Shown in pieces: positions 1 through 10,565 of a stretch of 64,000 nt of DNA. The stretch spans positions 1,792,001 to 1,856,000 of the forward strand of contig OY969811.1 in NCBI GenBank assembly GCA_963703315.1, in the 5' to 3' direction. The stretch comes from an uncultured cyanobacterium (GTDB lineage: Bacteria; Cyanobacteriota; Cyanobacteriia; Pseudanabaenales; Pseudanabaenaceae). Each line of letters opens with the position of its first letter. Positions within the stretch are counted from its first letter, which is position 1. Both the position numbers and the translations under genes were made by a program. A model generated the notes under the pieces. It had not been told where the DNA came from and searched no databases. It was given only the letters and a program-made list of their open reading frames with translations.

Positions 1-3000
1 CCTCAACAACAGGCGCAAGGACTTAGGATCAATCCTGCTTATGATTTGCCGTCTTCAGTCATAGATGGCATAAGTAGTAATTTGATTTTACAAACTCTAC
101 TTTTCCCGAAAGAGTTTGAGCGCAAAGCATCAGGGCTATCAACGGGTGCGCGTACATCTATTCAAGAAACGGGACGAAATACGCTTTATCTAGCATTTGG
201 GATGTTGGAATGGTTTGAGTCAGAGTCTTCTGATGTGCGCTTTATTTCACCTTTGCTGCTTTATCCAGTGATTATTGAGCGTGAGTCAAAAAACGGACAA
301 TATCGCTATTTTGTTAGCGCCCATGAAGATGAGGTTGAGGTAAATCCTTGTTTACGGGAAAGGCTAAGACGGGATTTTGGAATTGAGTTACCTGACTTTC
401 AAGAAGCTAGTTCACCTGATGCTTATTTTCGGGAGGTTGTACAGTTAATCGAAGGGTTGAAGCAATGGCAAGTGCGACGATTTGTGACTTTGAGCTTATT
501 TTCGTTTGGAAATTTTGCACTTTATAAAGATATCGATCCTGAAAATTGGGCTAATGATGGATTAGCAAGTCATCCTATCGTCTCTAGCTTGCTTGGTGGC
601 GGTAATACTGAGACGCATGACACATTTAAAATACCTAGCGATTATGAGGTAGATAAGCCAGAAATTAGCTGTAAAGTTCCTTTGATTATTTCTGAAACTG
701 ATGCTTCTCAGTTTTCGGCAATTGTTGATGTGATGGATGGCAAAAATCTAGTCATTGAGAGACCTCCCGGAACTGGAAAAAGTCAAACAATCACAAATTT
801 GATTGCGGCGGCTTTAGCTAAGGGGAAAACGGTACTATTTGTTGCGGAGAAAATGGCGGCAGTGGAGGTGGTACGCGATCGCCTTGATGCGGTAGGACTA
901 AGAGATTTTTGTCTGGAGATTCATTCAACAAATAAGCCGAAAGTTGATGTCTACACGAAAGACATTAAGGGTAGGTGTATGAGAGAATCTGTTACACAAC
1001 CTGCTAATCCTAAAGCTATAGAACGTGAGTATTTAGAAAATCGTCAACAACTCACTAACTATGTAGAGTTACTCAATCAACCATTTAGGACAATGAGAGA
1101 TGAAAACAAAATTCATACAATTCAAGAGATTCTCTGGAGAGCTAAAAGCTTACAAAAAGCCGTAGAAGAGAGTAACATCCCAAGGAATTTATTGGCTGTT
1201 AGTATAAACAATCCACAGTCTCTATCTCGATCTGATCTAGACAAAAATATTAATCTGTTAATACAATTCTGCAAGTTGCAAAATGAAGTAAATGGGATCG
1301 ATCTAACTATATGGAAAGGTATTAATGCCTCAGACCTCAGTCCTATTGATCAAGAAAGATTATTGGATTCCTTCAAATATTGGAATGATTACATTGGAGA
1401 AATATTAGACCAATATCAATTGCAAGCAGAAGTATTCAATCTACCAATTGACCCAAAACTAAGCGATCTGCTGAGCCTTAATAACTTATTAGCAATGATT
1501 CCAGAATTACCTGATCAGATCGAACCTGATCTTTTAAAGACTCTGAGTCGTGATCCTTCTGCTATTCCACTTTGTCGATTATTTTTGTCAAAATATGGAG
1601 AATCTGATCAGTTACGTCAAGACATAAATCGCTTCTTTAAGAATGAATATAGCACTCAAGTAGATGTTGAGGAGGTAAGAGAATTTATTTCGACATTGAA
1701 CGTGTTTTGTCAAAAACGTCAACTGTCTACAGATCAAGCAATTCTAAGCCAAGTAGAACAGCTACTGGAAAATGATATTCAAAATCTATTTATATGTCGG
1801 CAAGCCTTAACATCTTATCAGGAGCTAAAGCGTCTTCTCAATATTACTCAAGACTTAACTATTGCAGACTTAAGTCTTATAGACAATATCTTTGGTTTCA
1901 TAGAAAACACACCAGATAATGTTTTGCGCTATCGCAATACCAAGATTTGTGATCCCTCGAATCGAAATTTGTTAGACAAAGCAGTTTCTGTTCAAAAACA
2001 GCTAGTTAATTTAAAAAGGTATATTCACTTAGAGTTATGCCAAGACATTGATTGGATAAGACAATGTGCGAAAAACTATAGAAGCATTTGGCTTTTATCT
2101 TTGAAATTTGGACAGCTATGGGAAACAGACAGTAAAAACTTTTCTTTCTTGCAAAAAATACTCCCATCACAAGAAGATGTACAAAATTTTATTGAAATTA
2201 ACCAAGATTTAATACATGAAAGTATTATTCATATAGATGATGTTCTTAGCTTTTTGGAACGTACTCCAGATAGCATCCTCTACTATCTTAACCCTGCAAT
2301 TTGCAACCCATCAAATTGCACAATTATAGATCAAGCGGGATCTTTTCAGAAGCAAGCAAGTGAGCTTAGAAAGCTTGTTCGTATAGAACTATGTCGAGAT
2401 ATTGAATGGGTGAGATTTTGTGCTAGTAAGCTAAGGAAAAAGTCTGTCTGGATATTATCTTTTTTTGATAGTGATTTGCACAAAGCAAAAGAATTCTGGG
2501 TAAAAGTGGAAGTGTCACTACAAGATTTTAGTGATATTGAAGTTGCAGATATTCTTGATAAAGTTGCCGATTTTTGGGAGCAATGGAATATATTTCTAAA
2601 GCGAGAAAAATTCAACGAAATTATTGGTAATCTTTATAGTGAAATTGATACAAATCTATCTCTTTGTTATCAAGTCAATGAATTTGGAATGCGATTAGAA
2701 GAGGCAATTTCGTCAATATCTTGTGCTGAAACCATCAAAAAGTTTATTCTCAATTCATCAACTTCAGAGCTACAGGCTGCTATTGCTTATCGACAGAATC
2801 CTGAATTTAAGTCGCTTCTTCAAGCTTGTAAAACAATACCAGATGAAGATTTCATAAGAGCTAGAGAATTTTGGGTAAGTATAAATATTGCACAACAAAA
2901 TCTTAATGAATTCAGAAAAGAGGAAAAATCATGGAAGAATGTAAAAGCCTCGCAAAAAAATCTTAGTGATCTTGAAGTAGCAGATACTTTAATTACAGTT

Positions 3001-5571
3001 GCTGAATGTTTAGAAACATATAATAATTTGCTAACTGAAAATAAGATTGCTGATATTTGTGGGCTACTTTATCATGAACTTGATACAAACTATGTTCTTG
3101 CAATTCAAGTAAATGAATTTGGTAGCCATTTAGAAGAATTACTCTCTGGAATTTCTTGTGCCAATGAAGTCAGAGACTTTTTTGTTAATTCTTCAAAAGA
3201 ATCCTTACAGACTACTGTTATATATCGACAGAATCTTAGATTTAGGTCATTTCTTCAAGATTGCAAAAGAATCCGAGCTTGTGCAATCTCATTAGATAAA
3301 ACTTTGCCTGAAGCTTTATCTATTTTGGAAGGTAAAAAGAAAGAATCTGAACAGGTTTATCAAAACTTGTTGAAATTAAATCTAAACTCTGATTTATCTT
3401 TTCAAGAACTGTATAACCTTTTATATCAATTCAACGATTATCAGCGATTGCAAGAGGAATTAGATTCACCATTATTTACGAGTGTTTTTGGTGCATATCC
3501 AAAGTCAGAAGTGTTTTCTCCTCAGGCTTTGCGAGGCTCGCTTAATTGGGTAGAAGAACTACAACAAAACAGACTGCCAGAAAATATAAAGTCAATGTGT
3601 CTCAGCTCTAATGTTCTAAATTTTGTGAATGATATGCAGGAACTTTTTCCGAAATATCGCTTTCTACTTCAGAAACAAGAGGCTTGCTGTAACGATGTTT
3701 TGAATATTGGCAGAATTGATTGTTTACTAATGTTTGGAAATAACAATATTCAAGATTGTTATGTATCTCGAATTAGAGAAAAATTACAATCTTTAAATAA
3801 GATAGTTGATCTTCAAATGTGGATTTCTTACAGCAATATCAAAATGCAATTAGAGTCCCTAGATTTAATGAATTTTGTCAATTTCTTACAAAACATTAAT
3901 ATTTCAGCAGAACAGCTTGACCTACTCTATAGGACAATTTTTTATCGATCTCTTGTAAATGAAATTTACAGGACACATCCTAGACTCAGAAACTTTGAAG
4001 GTCAAATTCAGCAAACTGCACGCCAAAATTTTCAAAACTTAGATCGAGAGATTTTGGGGATTTATCAAAGTACATTGGCTATAAAACTAGCTAAAAATCA
4101 AATTCCTAAAGGTAATGGAAGTGGATTAAAAAGCACTTGGACTGAAGGATCATTAATAAATAATGAGATTAATAAGCAAAAGAAGTTTGTTCCATTACGA
4201 AGACTCTTTCGAGATGCAGGACAATCTTTACAGTCTCTTCACCCATGTTGGATGATGTCTCCTGCAAGTGTGGCACAGTTTGTCCCCGCAAATTCTACTC
4301 GTTTCGATCTTATCGTTATTGATGAAGCATCACAAATGCGCCCAGAAGAAGCATTAGGTGTAATAGCCAGAGGTAAACAGCTAATAGTTGTGGGTGATCC
4401 TAAGCAATTACCGCCCACAAGTTTCTTTAGGTCTGCCGATCAAGTTGACGAATCTGAAGACATTGACTCAGAAACTCTGCAAGAAGAGTCAATTCTAGAT
4501 ATGGCAATGAAATTATTCAGTGTGCGCCGCCTCAAATGGCACTATCGCTCACGACATGAGAGTTTAATTGCTTTCTCCAACAAACATTTTTACGACAATA
4601 GCCTCACTGTTTTTCCCTCACCTAACCGCAAATTTGCCATTAATTACCATCACATTGCAGACGGATTATATCAATCAGGTGTTAACCCCATTGAAGTGAG
4701 AAGAGTCGCAGAAGCAATTTTAGAATTTATGAAAAATTCTCCAGAACTATCTCTAGGTGTAGTTACACTCAACCAAAAACAAAGAGACTTACTACAAGAT
4801 GAGATGAGTTTACTCGTCAATAATCATCCTGAAGTTGCTGATTACATCGCTAAATGGGAAGCAACCCTTTCATCATTTTTTATCAAAAACTTGGAAAATG
4901 TCCAAGGTGATGAACGTGATGTTATTTTCATCTCTACAGTGTATGGTCGCGAACGTTCCGACCTACAAGTTGCTCAAAGATTTGGTCCAATCAATAGCGC
5001 TAACGGACATAGACGACTAAACGTACTCTTCACCCGTGCCAAAGAGCGCATTGAAGTCTTTTCTTCCATGACTGCGGCTGATATTCGCCCCACCGAAGAT
5101 TCTAATCGTGGCGTTCATGCTCTGCAAAATTATTTAGAATATATTCAGACGCAACAACTGGAAACGGCAAGACTAACAGGTAGAGAGCCAGATAGTGACT
5201 TTGAAGTATTTGTTGCTAAGGCTATACGAGCTAAGGGCTTTGAAGTTGTGGCACAGGTGGGAGTCGCTAACTACTTTATTGATCTGGCGATCGTCGATCC
5301 TAATCGAGCAGGAACATATTTATTAGGTATTGAGTGTGATGGCGCGACCTATCACTCATCCAAAGCAGCACGCGATCGCGATCGATACCGCCAAGAAGTT
5401 CTTGAGAAACTAGGCTGGAAACTTTACCGAATTTGGTCTACTGACTGGTTTAAAAATCCTGAGCGAGAAATAGAAAAACTATTAGAAGCTATAGACAAAA
5501 TTGTGAAACCCATCAGCAATTTACTAGGGCAACCGCACACGTTTCTTAACAAACTAGCGAACATTTCTTAA
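1..5571 (+). CDS. DUF4011-type SF1 (DNA2/NAM7-like) helicase with C-terminal Vsr/MTES_1575-like nuclease domain; 5'-partial; Hhe-like putative defence protein
   Basis: Frame 1 is open from base 1. Motifs: ETGRNTLYLAFG (DUF4011-like), PPGTGKSQT, DEASQ, VGDPKQLPP, HYRS, ENVQGDERD, RRLNVLFTRA, and C-terminal IDLAI..GIECDGATYHS..DRYRQEVLEKLGW. Confidence 0.85.
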   Translation, partial: PQQQAQGLRINPAYDLPSSVIDGISSNLILQTLLFPKEFERKASGLSTGARTSIQETGRNTLYLAFGMLEWFESESSDVRFISPLLLYPVIIERESKNGQYRYFVSAHEDEVEVNPCLRERLRRDFGIELPDFQEASSPDAYFREVVQLIEGLKQWQVRRFVTLSLFSFGNFALYKDIDPENWANDGLASHPIVSSLLGGGNTETHDTFKIPSDYEVDKPEISCKVPLIISETDASQFSAIVDVMDGKNLVIERPPGTGKSQTITNLIAAALAKGKTVLFVAEKMAAVEVVRDRLDAVGLRDFCLEIHSTNKPKVDVYTKDIKGRCMRESVTQPANPKAIEREYLENRQQLTNYVELLNQPFRTMRDENKIHTIQEILWRAKSLQKAVEESNIPRNLLAVSINNPQSLSRSDLDKNINLLIQFCKLQNEVNGIDLTIWKGINASDLSPIDQERLLDSFKYWNDYIGEILDQYQLQAEVFNLPIDPKLSDLLSLNNLLAMIPELPDQIEPDLLKTLSRDPSAIPLCRLFLSKYGESDQLRQDINRFFKNEYSTQVDVEEVREFISTLNVFCQKRQLSTDQAILSQVEQLLENDIQNLFICRQALTSYQELKRLLNITQDLTIADLSLIDNIFGFIENTPDNVLRYRNTKICDPSNRNLLDKAVSVQKQLVNLKRYIHLELCQDIDWIRQCAKNYRSIWLLSLKFGQLWETDSKNFSFLQKILPSQEDVQNFIEINQDLIHESIIHIDDVLSFLERTPDSILYYLNPAICNPSNCTIIDQAGSFQKQASELRKLVRIELCRDIEWVRFCASKLRKKSVWILSFFDSDLHKAKEFWVKVEVSLQDFSDIEVADILDKVADFWEQWNIFLKREKFNEIIGNLYSEIDTNLSLCYQVNEFGMRLEEAISSISCAETIKKFILNSSTSELQAAIAYRQNPEFKSLLQACKTIPDEDFIRAREFWVSINIAQQNLNEFRKEEKSWKNVKASQKNLSDLEVADTLITVAECLETYNNLLTENKIADICGLLYHELDTNYVLAIQVNEFGSHLEELLSGISCANEVRDFFVNSSKESLQTTVIYRQNLRFRSFLQDCKRIRACAISLDKTLPEALSILEGKKKESEQVYQNLLKLNLNSDLSFQELYNLLYQFNDYQRLQEELDSPLFTSVFGAYPKSEVFSPQALRGSLNWVEELQQNRLPENIKSMCLSSNVLNFVNDMQELFPKYRFLLQKQEACCNDVLNIGRIDCLLMFGNNNIQDCYVSRIREKLQSLNKIVDLQMWISYSNIKMQLESLDLMNFVNFLQNINISAEQLDLLYRTIFYRSLVNEIYRTHPRLRNFEGQIQQTARQNFQNLDREILGIYQSTLAIKLAKNQIPKGNGSGLKSTWTEGSLINNEINKQKKFVPLRRLFRDAGQSLQSLHPCWMMSPASVAQFVPANSTRFDLIVIDEASQMRPEEALGVIARGKQLIVVGDPKQLPPTSFFRSADQVDESEDIDSETLQEESILDMAMKLFSVRRLKWHYRSRHESLIAFSNKHFYDNSLTVFPSPNRKFAINYHHIADGLYQSGVNPIEVRRVAEAILEFMKNSPELSLGVVTLNQKQRDLLQDEMSLLVNNHPEVADYIAKWEATLSSFFIKNLENVQGDERDVIFISTVYGRERSDLQVAQRFGPINSANGHRRLNVLFTRAKERIEVFSSMTAADIRPTEDSNRGVHALQNYLEYIQTQQLETARLTGREPDSDFEVFVAKAIRAKGFEVVAQVGVANYFIDLAIVDPNRAGTYLLGIECDGATYHSSKAARDRDRYRQEVLEKLGWKLYRIWSTDWFKNPEREIEKLLEAIDKIVKPISNLLGQPHTFLNKLANIS

Positions 5572-6817
5572 CGAGGAAAAAAGGGAGAAACGGGAGAATT
5601 GAGGATATTTAGAAAGATAAGTCCAAAATGCTAGCAACAGTCAGTCCCGTCGGATTAATCGAAACCCACTTTGGGAACTTGCAAGATCCCAGAGCAGCAC
5701 ACAGTATCCTGCATAAGCTACTCGACATATTGATAATCACGATTTGTGCAGTGATCTGTGGAGCCGATAACTTCGTAGCAATCGCCGAATATGGCAAAGA
5801 GAAAGAAGAATGGTTAAAGACATTTTTGGAATTAGCAAACGGCATACCGTCAGTAGATACATTCGAGAGATTATTTGCGAGACTGAAGCCAGAAGCATTG
5901 CAAAAAAGCTTTATTAGCTGGATGGAAGCAGTCCATGAATCCACCGACGGAGAATTGATAAACATAGATGGCAAAACCCTGAGAGGAGCAAAGGAAGCAG
6001 GAAATTCGCGTAGTCTGATTCATATGGTGAGTGTGTGGTCAGCATCACAACATTTGGTATTGGGACAGCAAAAAGTGGACGAGAAATCCAATGAAATAAC
6101 AGCGATTCCATCATTGCTAAAAATGTTAGCGATACGAGGTTGTGTGGTGAGCATAGATGCAATGGGATGTCAGACCGAAATCGCGAAAACAATCATCGAA
6201 GAGGGAGCAGATTATGTGTTAGCACTGAAAGGCAATCAAGGTAATCTCCATAAAGATGTGCGTGAACTATTTACCTCTGCACGAGAACAGAACTTCAAAA
6301 ATATTGAACATCAGTTCTATGAAACGGTTGAGAAAGGACATGGGCGCATTGAAACTCGTCGCTATTGGACAATGGGTAATACCGAATACTTAATCGGTGC
6401 AGAGAAATGGATAGGTTTGAAAAGTATTGGTATGGTTGAATCAGAGCGCATTATAAATGGAATTATTTCTACTGAGCAGCGATACTATCTGCTTAGTCTT
6501 GAGAGTGATGTCCACAGATTTTCCCAATCTGTCAGAAATCACTGGAGTATTGAAAATCAACTACATTGGATTCTTGATGTTGGTTTTGGTGAAGATGCTT
6601 CGCAATCCTGCCGAGGCTATATTGCCGAAAACTTGGCTGTTATACGTCATATCAGTTTAAATTTGTTGTCAAGAGATAAAAACAGTAAGGTCGGTGTCAA
6701 GACAAAACGTCTTAAAGCTGGCTGGAACAACAACTATCTTAAGGATATCCTGAGTACCTTAAACATAGTCGCTGTCTAAATCTCGTTAATTGTTAAGAAA
6801 CGTGTGCGGTTGCCCTA
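5525..6817 (+). mobile_element. ISAs1-family insertion sequence, 1293 bp
   Basis: Terminal inverted repeats tagggcaaccgcacacgtttcttaacaa / ttgttaagaaacgtgtgcggttgcccta. 10-bp target duplication agcaatttac at 5515-5524 and 6818-6827. Confidence 0.95.
5628..6779 (+). CDS. ISAs1-family transposase
   Basis: Motifs DPR, IDGKTLRG, KSNEITAIP, DAMGCQ, LKGNQG, HGRIETR, HWSIENQLHWILDV. Confidence 0.95.
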   Translation: MLATVSPVGLIETHFGNLQDPRAAHSILHKLLDILIITICAVICGADNFVAIAEYGKEKEEWLKTFLELANGIPSVDTFERLFARLKPEALQKSFISWMEAVHESTDGELINIDGKTLRGAKEAGNSRSLIHMVSVWSASQHLVLGQQKVDEKSNEITAIPSLLKMLAIRGCVVSIDAMGCQTEIAKTIIEEGADYVLALKGNQGNLHKDVRELFTSAREQNFKNIEHQFYETVEKGHGRIETRRYWTMGNTEYLIGAEKWIGLKSIGMVESERIINGIISTEQRYYLLSLESDVHRFSQSVRNHWSIENQLHWILDVGFGEDASQSCRGYIAENLAVIRHISLNLLSRDKNSKVGVKTKRLKAGWNNNYLKDILSTLNIVAV

Positions 6818-6859
6818 AGCAATTTACCGTAAATATCGTCAATCAAGGAGAAAACAGTT

Positions 6860-7090
6860 ATGCTCAAAAGTTATGAAGTTGCCATTGAAGGAGATCGCAT
6901 TACATGGCTAGGCGAAAAGCCAAGCTTCCAGACAACTCGTGCCATTATCGTAATTGCCGAAGAGAATAAAATACCAGTCACCCCGATTAAAAGACGCTCT
7001 CCGTCAAAAGCGATCGCAGGTAAAGGTAGAACATTAGGCGATATTGTTAGTCCCATTGTCGATGAAGAGGACTGGGAATGTCTGAAATAA
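6860..7090 (+). CDS. Putative antitoxin (VapB-like)
   Basis: 76 aa; overlaps the start of the PIN gene; C-terminal GDIVSP..EDWE motif typical of such antitoxins. Confidence 0.7.
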   Translation: MLKSYEVAIEGDRITWLGEKPSFQTTRAIIVIAEENKIPVTPIKRRSPSKAIAGKGRTLGDIVSPIVDEEDWECLK

Positions 7091-7479
7091 TTGTGCTAGA
7101 TACACATATTTGGTTTTGGCTGATGACACAAGATTTTCAGAAAATTCCTGATTCTTGGCAAACAGTGATCGAAACTGCACCTCAAGTTGGCGTGTCTGCA
7201 ATATCTTGTTATGAAGTTGCCCTTGCATCTCAAAAAGGAAGACTAGAATTGCCATGTTCAATATCAGAATGGCTTGAAGAAGCTCTACTTCCATCAGGAA
7301 TCGAGTTATTTCCACTAACTCCCGCAATTACAATCAGAGCCATAAACCTATCCCTCATTCACAAAGATCCCTTCGATCGCCTCATCATCGCCACCGCCCT
7401 AGAACATGGCGCAAAACTTGCCAGTGTTGACAGCTTATTTGCTAAATATCCTGAGTTAGAAAATTATCTATTTGTTTAA
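7078..7479 (+). CDS. vapC: PIN-domain VapC-family toxin
   Basis: LDTHIWFW, SAISCYEV, HKDPFDRLIIATA motifs. Confidence 0.9.
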   Translation: MSEIIVLDTHIWFWLMTQDFQKIPDSWQTVIETAPQVGVSAISCYEVALASQKGRLELPCSISEWLEEALLPSGIELFPLTPAITIRAINLSLIHKDPFDRLIIATALEHGAKLASVDSLFAKYPELENYLFV

Positions 7480-7560
7480 TGTGTAATCTGGTGTAATCCT
7501 CATAGAGGGGCTAGCCTCAAATTTAGTAGTTGATGAAAGAACCTACCAAGCGTATCTGAG

Positions 7561-8100
7561 ATGAATAATATCTTTAAAATCTCCCCACTAATTCGGATTA
7601 CCTTACTGCTGTTGTATATTGCGCTGACTGCACCTTTACCATTTCTGAGTAATTTTACTCATGCAGCGATACCTGCGTCATGGTTAAGTGTGGGCTTAGC
7701 GATCGGATTTGTATTTTTATATGGTGCGCTTAGCGATCGCGTCATTCTCGATGATCAAGGCATTAGCTTGGTATACCCTCAATGGTTTCCCAGTTTTTTG
7801 CGAAAAGGTTGGTCATTGACTTGGCAAGAAATTAAAGCACTGAAGCCAAGAATTACGGGACAAGGGGGCATTGTGTATTATTTTGTGAGCAAAAATTCAG
7901 ATCAGGCTTATTTGTTGCCAATGCGGGTAGTGGGCTTTGCACAATTAGTAAAACAGGTTGAGGAGCGGACAGGTATTGATACTAGTGATGTGCGTCCCTT
8001 AGCTCAGCCTTGGATGTATTTGATCTTACTAGTGTTTACGTTGCTATTGCTGTTGATAGATAGCTGGACAGTTTATACAGCAATAACATTACCAAATTAG
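7561..8100 (+). CDS. Conserved cyanobacterial membrane protein
   Basis: Three hydrophobic segments; TGQGGIVYYF and VRPLAQPWMY motifs. Confidence 0.65.
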   Translation: MNNIFKISPLIRITLLLLYIALTAPLPFLSNFTHAAIPASWLSVGLAIGFVFLYGALSDRVILDDQGISLVYPQWFPSFLRKGWSLTWQEIKALKPRITGQGGIVYYFVSKNSDQAYLLPMRVVGFAQLVKQVEERTGIDTSDVRPLAQPWMYLILLVFTLLLLLIDSWTVYTAITLPN

Positions 8101-8187
8101 CTATAGTAGAAAGTGCAACAAAGCAGCAAAGCTTTACCCCTGCTCTTGGCATGAACAAGCTCAAAGAAGCTTATCAATTTACAAATT

Positions 8188-9579
8188 ATGGTCGCCATCT
8201 CTCCTAGCAGCCTTGACATTTCATCTGTAATCACCAATCAACGCGCTTTTTTTGCCACAGGAAAGACTAAAAATTATGATTTTCGAGTGGCACAACTCCA
8301 GAAGCTGTCAGCCTTGATTAAAGAAAATGATCAGTTAATCATTGATGCTCTGTATGCAGATTTACGCAAACCCGCGATCGAAGCCTATGGCAGTGAGATT
8401 TTGGGACCACTTTCAGAAATTAAGTATGTTCTCAAACATCTCAAAGCTTGGATGAAGCCGCAGAAAGTGGGAACGCCCATAAACTCATTTCCTAGTTCTA
8501 GTTATATTTATACTGAACCTTTAGGCATAGTGCTGATTGTTGCACCTTGGAATTATCCTTTTACTCTGACCATTCAACCTCTACTTGGGGCGATCGCCGC
8601 AGGCAATTGTGCAATCCTCAAACCATCAGAACATACTCCCCATACTTCTAAGGCGATCGCCCAAATCATTAACAACAACTTCGATCCTAGTTTCATCACT
8701 GTAATTGAAGGTGGTATCGAAACTAATCAAGCTTTACTTGCCGAAAAGTTTGACCATATCTTCTTCACTGGTGGCACGGCGATCGGCAAAATTGTCATGG
8801 AAGCTGCTGCCAAACATCTTACCCCTGTAACCTTAGAACTTGGGGGCAAAAGTCCTTGTATTGTTGACTCCGAATGTGATTTGGATATTACCGCCAAAAG
8901 GATTGTCTGGGGTAAGTTTTACAATGCTGGACAAACCTGTGTGGCTCCCGATTATCTCTTAGTTCAGAAAAGCATCAAACCTATCCTCATGGAGAAGTTG
9001 GTTGCCTATATCAAAACCTTCTTTGGTGACAATCCCCAACAAAGTCCAGATTTTGGGCGGATCGTCAACGATCGCCAATTTGATCGTCTCGCAAATTTAC
9101 TCAAGGAAGGCAAAATCTTAATTGGTGGTCAACATGATCGTAGCGATCGCTTTATTGCGCCCACGCTCATTGATGATGTCTCCCCCAACTCAAAAGTCAT
9201 GGCAGAGGAAATATTTGGTCCTATCTTGCCAATTTTAGAATATGACCAACTGACGGAAGCGATCGCCTTTGTCAAAGCTCAACCAAAACCTCTAGCACTC
9301 TATCTCTTTTCTAGCAACAAACAAAATCAAGAGCGTATTATCCAAGAAATATCCTATGGAGGCGGCTGTTTCAATGACATGATCATGCACTTAGGAAATC
9401 CTGAACTTCCCTTTGGTGGAGTCGGCGCTAGTGGGATGGGTAGCTATCACGGTAAAGCCACCTTTGATACGTTCTCCCATCGTAAGAGTATCCTCAAAAA
9501 TTCTTTCCGTTTCGATCTCAAGTTTCGCTATCCTCCTTACACGATGACTTTAGATGCTTTCAAAAAGTTGATTAACTGA
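8188..9579 (+). CDS. Aldehyde dehydrogenase (ALDH3-like)
   Basis: PWNYP, LKPSE, FTGG, LELGGKSP, GQTCVAPDY, EEIFGP. Confidence 0.95.
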   Translation: MVAISPSSLDISSVITNQRAFFATGKTKNYDFRVAQLQKLSALIKENDQLIIDALYADLRKPAIEAYGSEILGPLSEIKYVLKHLKAWMKPQKVGTPINSFPSSSYIYTEPLGIVLIVAPWNYPFTLTIQPLLGAIAAGNCAILKPSEHTPHTSKAIAQIINNNFDPSFITVIEGGIETNQALLAEKFDHIFFTGGTAIGKIVMEAAAKHLTPVTLELGGKSPCIVDSECDLDITAKRIVWGKFYNAGQTCVAPDYLLVQKSIKPILMEKLVAYIKTFFGDNPQQSPDFGRIVNDRQFDRLANLLKEGKILIGGQHDRSDRFIAPTLIDDVSPNSKVMAEEIFGPILPILEYDQLTEAIAFVKAQPKPLALYLFSSNKQNQERIIQEISYGGGCFNDMIMHLGNPELPFGGVGASGMGSYHGKATFDTFSHRKSILKNSFRFDLKFRYPPYTMTLDAFKKLIN

Positions 9580-9692
9580 TGTTAAGTAAAACCCTCACCT
9601 AGCTCCCCTTCTCCCGCAGGAGCAAGGCAACAAAACCCATATTGTTTTTTCGTTCTTTTGTCCTACAGGAGCTACGGCGTATACACAAGTCC

Positions 9693-9808
9693 TATAGCAA
9701 AGCAAGTTTTGCTTAGGATATAAAACCCAAGAAGCGAGTGGCGGCGCGAAGCGCCGCCACTCGCTTCTTGGGTTTTGGTTTGTACTAGCTAACTCTTTTT
9801 TTGCTATA
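9693..9808. repeat. Palindromic MITE/REPIN-like element, class A (tatagc...gctata)
   Basis: Perfect 26-bp arms at 9722-9747 and 9751-9776 around a GAA loop. Flanks nearly identical to the copy at 52548-52662. Confidence 0.85.
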
Positions 9809-9975
9809 AGTACAGGACAAAAATTTAATGGAGTTAAAAAAGGCTAGGGAATTGAGGTGTAAGTCAAAAATATCGCCACACTCACAAACCTGTAAACAAG
9901 TAACTCCAAACCGAAAAGACACTACACTCACTATCATTAGTTAGAATATTATCAAAGCAATTAAAATAAATCATC

Positions 9976-10488
9976 ATGGGCAAAAACAAAGAAAAATCAA
10001 CCGATAAAGAGCTATCTAGTTCAATTAATATCGGTATCTCTGAAGACGATCGCAATGCGATCGCCGATGGACTTTCACGCTTACTCGCCGACACTTACAC
10101 CCTCTACCTCAAAACCCATAACTTCCATTGGAATGTTACTGGACCAATGTTTAATACCTTGCACCTGATGTTTGAAGGGCAATATACTGAACTTTCTCTA
10201 GCTGTCGATCTGATTGCTGAGCGCATTCGCTCCCTTGGCGTACCTGCTCCTGCTACCTATTCCGCCTATGCCAAGCTGACTTCAATTCCTGAAACGGAAG
10301 GAGTTCCTAAAGCAACAGAAATGATCAAGTTATTGGTCGAAGGGCAAGAAGCTGTAGTCCGCACAGCGCGTTCTATTTTTCCGATCGCCGAAAAAGCCAA
10401 TGATGAACCAACCGCAGATCTGTTAACTCAACGGATGCAGGTCCATGAAAAAACTGCATGGATGTTGAGAAGTTTGCTGGAAGAATAA
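9976..10488 (+). CDS. dps: Dps family DNA-protection protein
   Basis: [29 protein letters not shown]. Confidence 0.95.
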   Translation: MGKNKEKSTDKELSSSINIGISEDDRNAIADGLSRLLADTYTLYLKTHNFHWNVTGPMFNTLHLMFEGQYTELSLAVDLIAERIRSLGVPAPATYSAYAKLTSIPETEGVPKATEMIKLLVEGQEAVVRTARSIFPIAEKANDEPTADLLTQRMQVHEKTAWMLRSLLEE

Positions 10489-10565
10489 CTATAATTTGTG
10501 CCACGCAAAGCGTGGCACAAATTACGATAGGATCAGCATTTAGAACGTAAGCATCTCCATCGAAG

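Noticed and set aside
9590..9692. ccctcacc...ccccttctccc motif and ctacggcgtatacacaagtc, resembling other cyanobacterial repeat ends
   Set aside because: Single degenerate fragments with no partner terminus in the window; boundaries cannot be defined.
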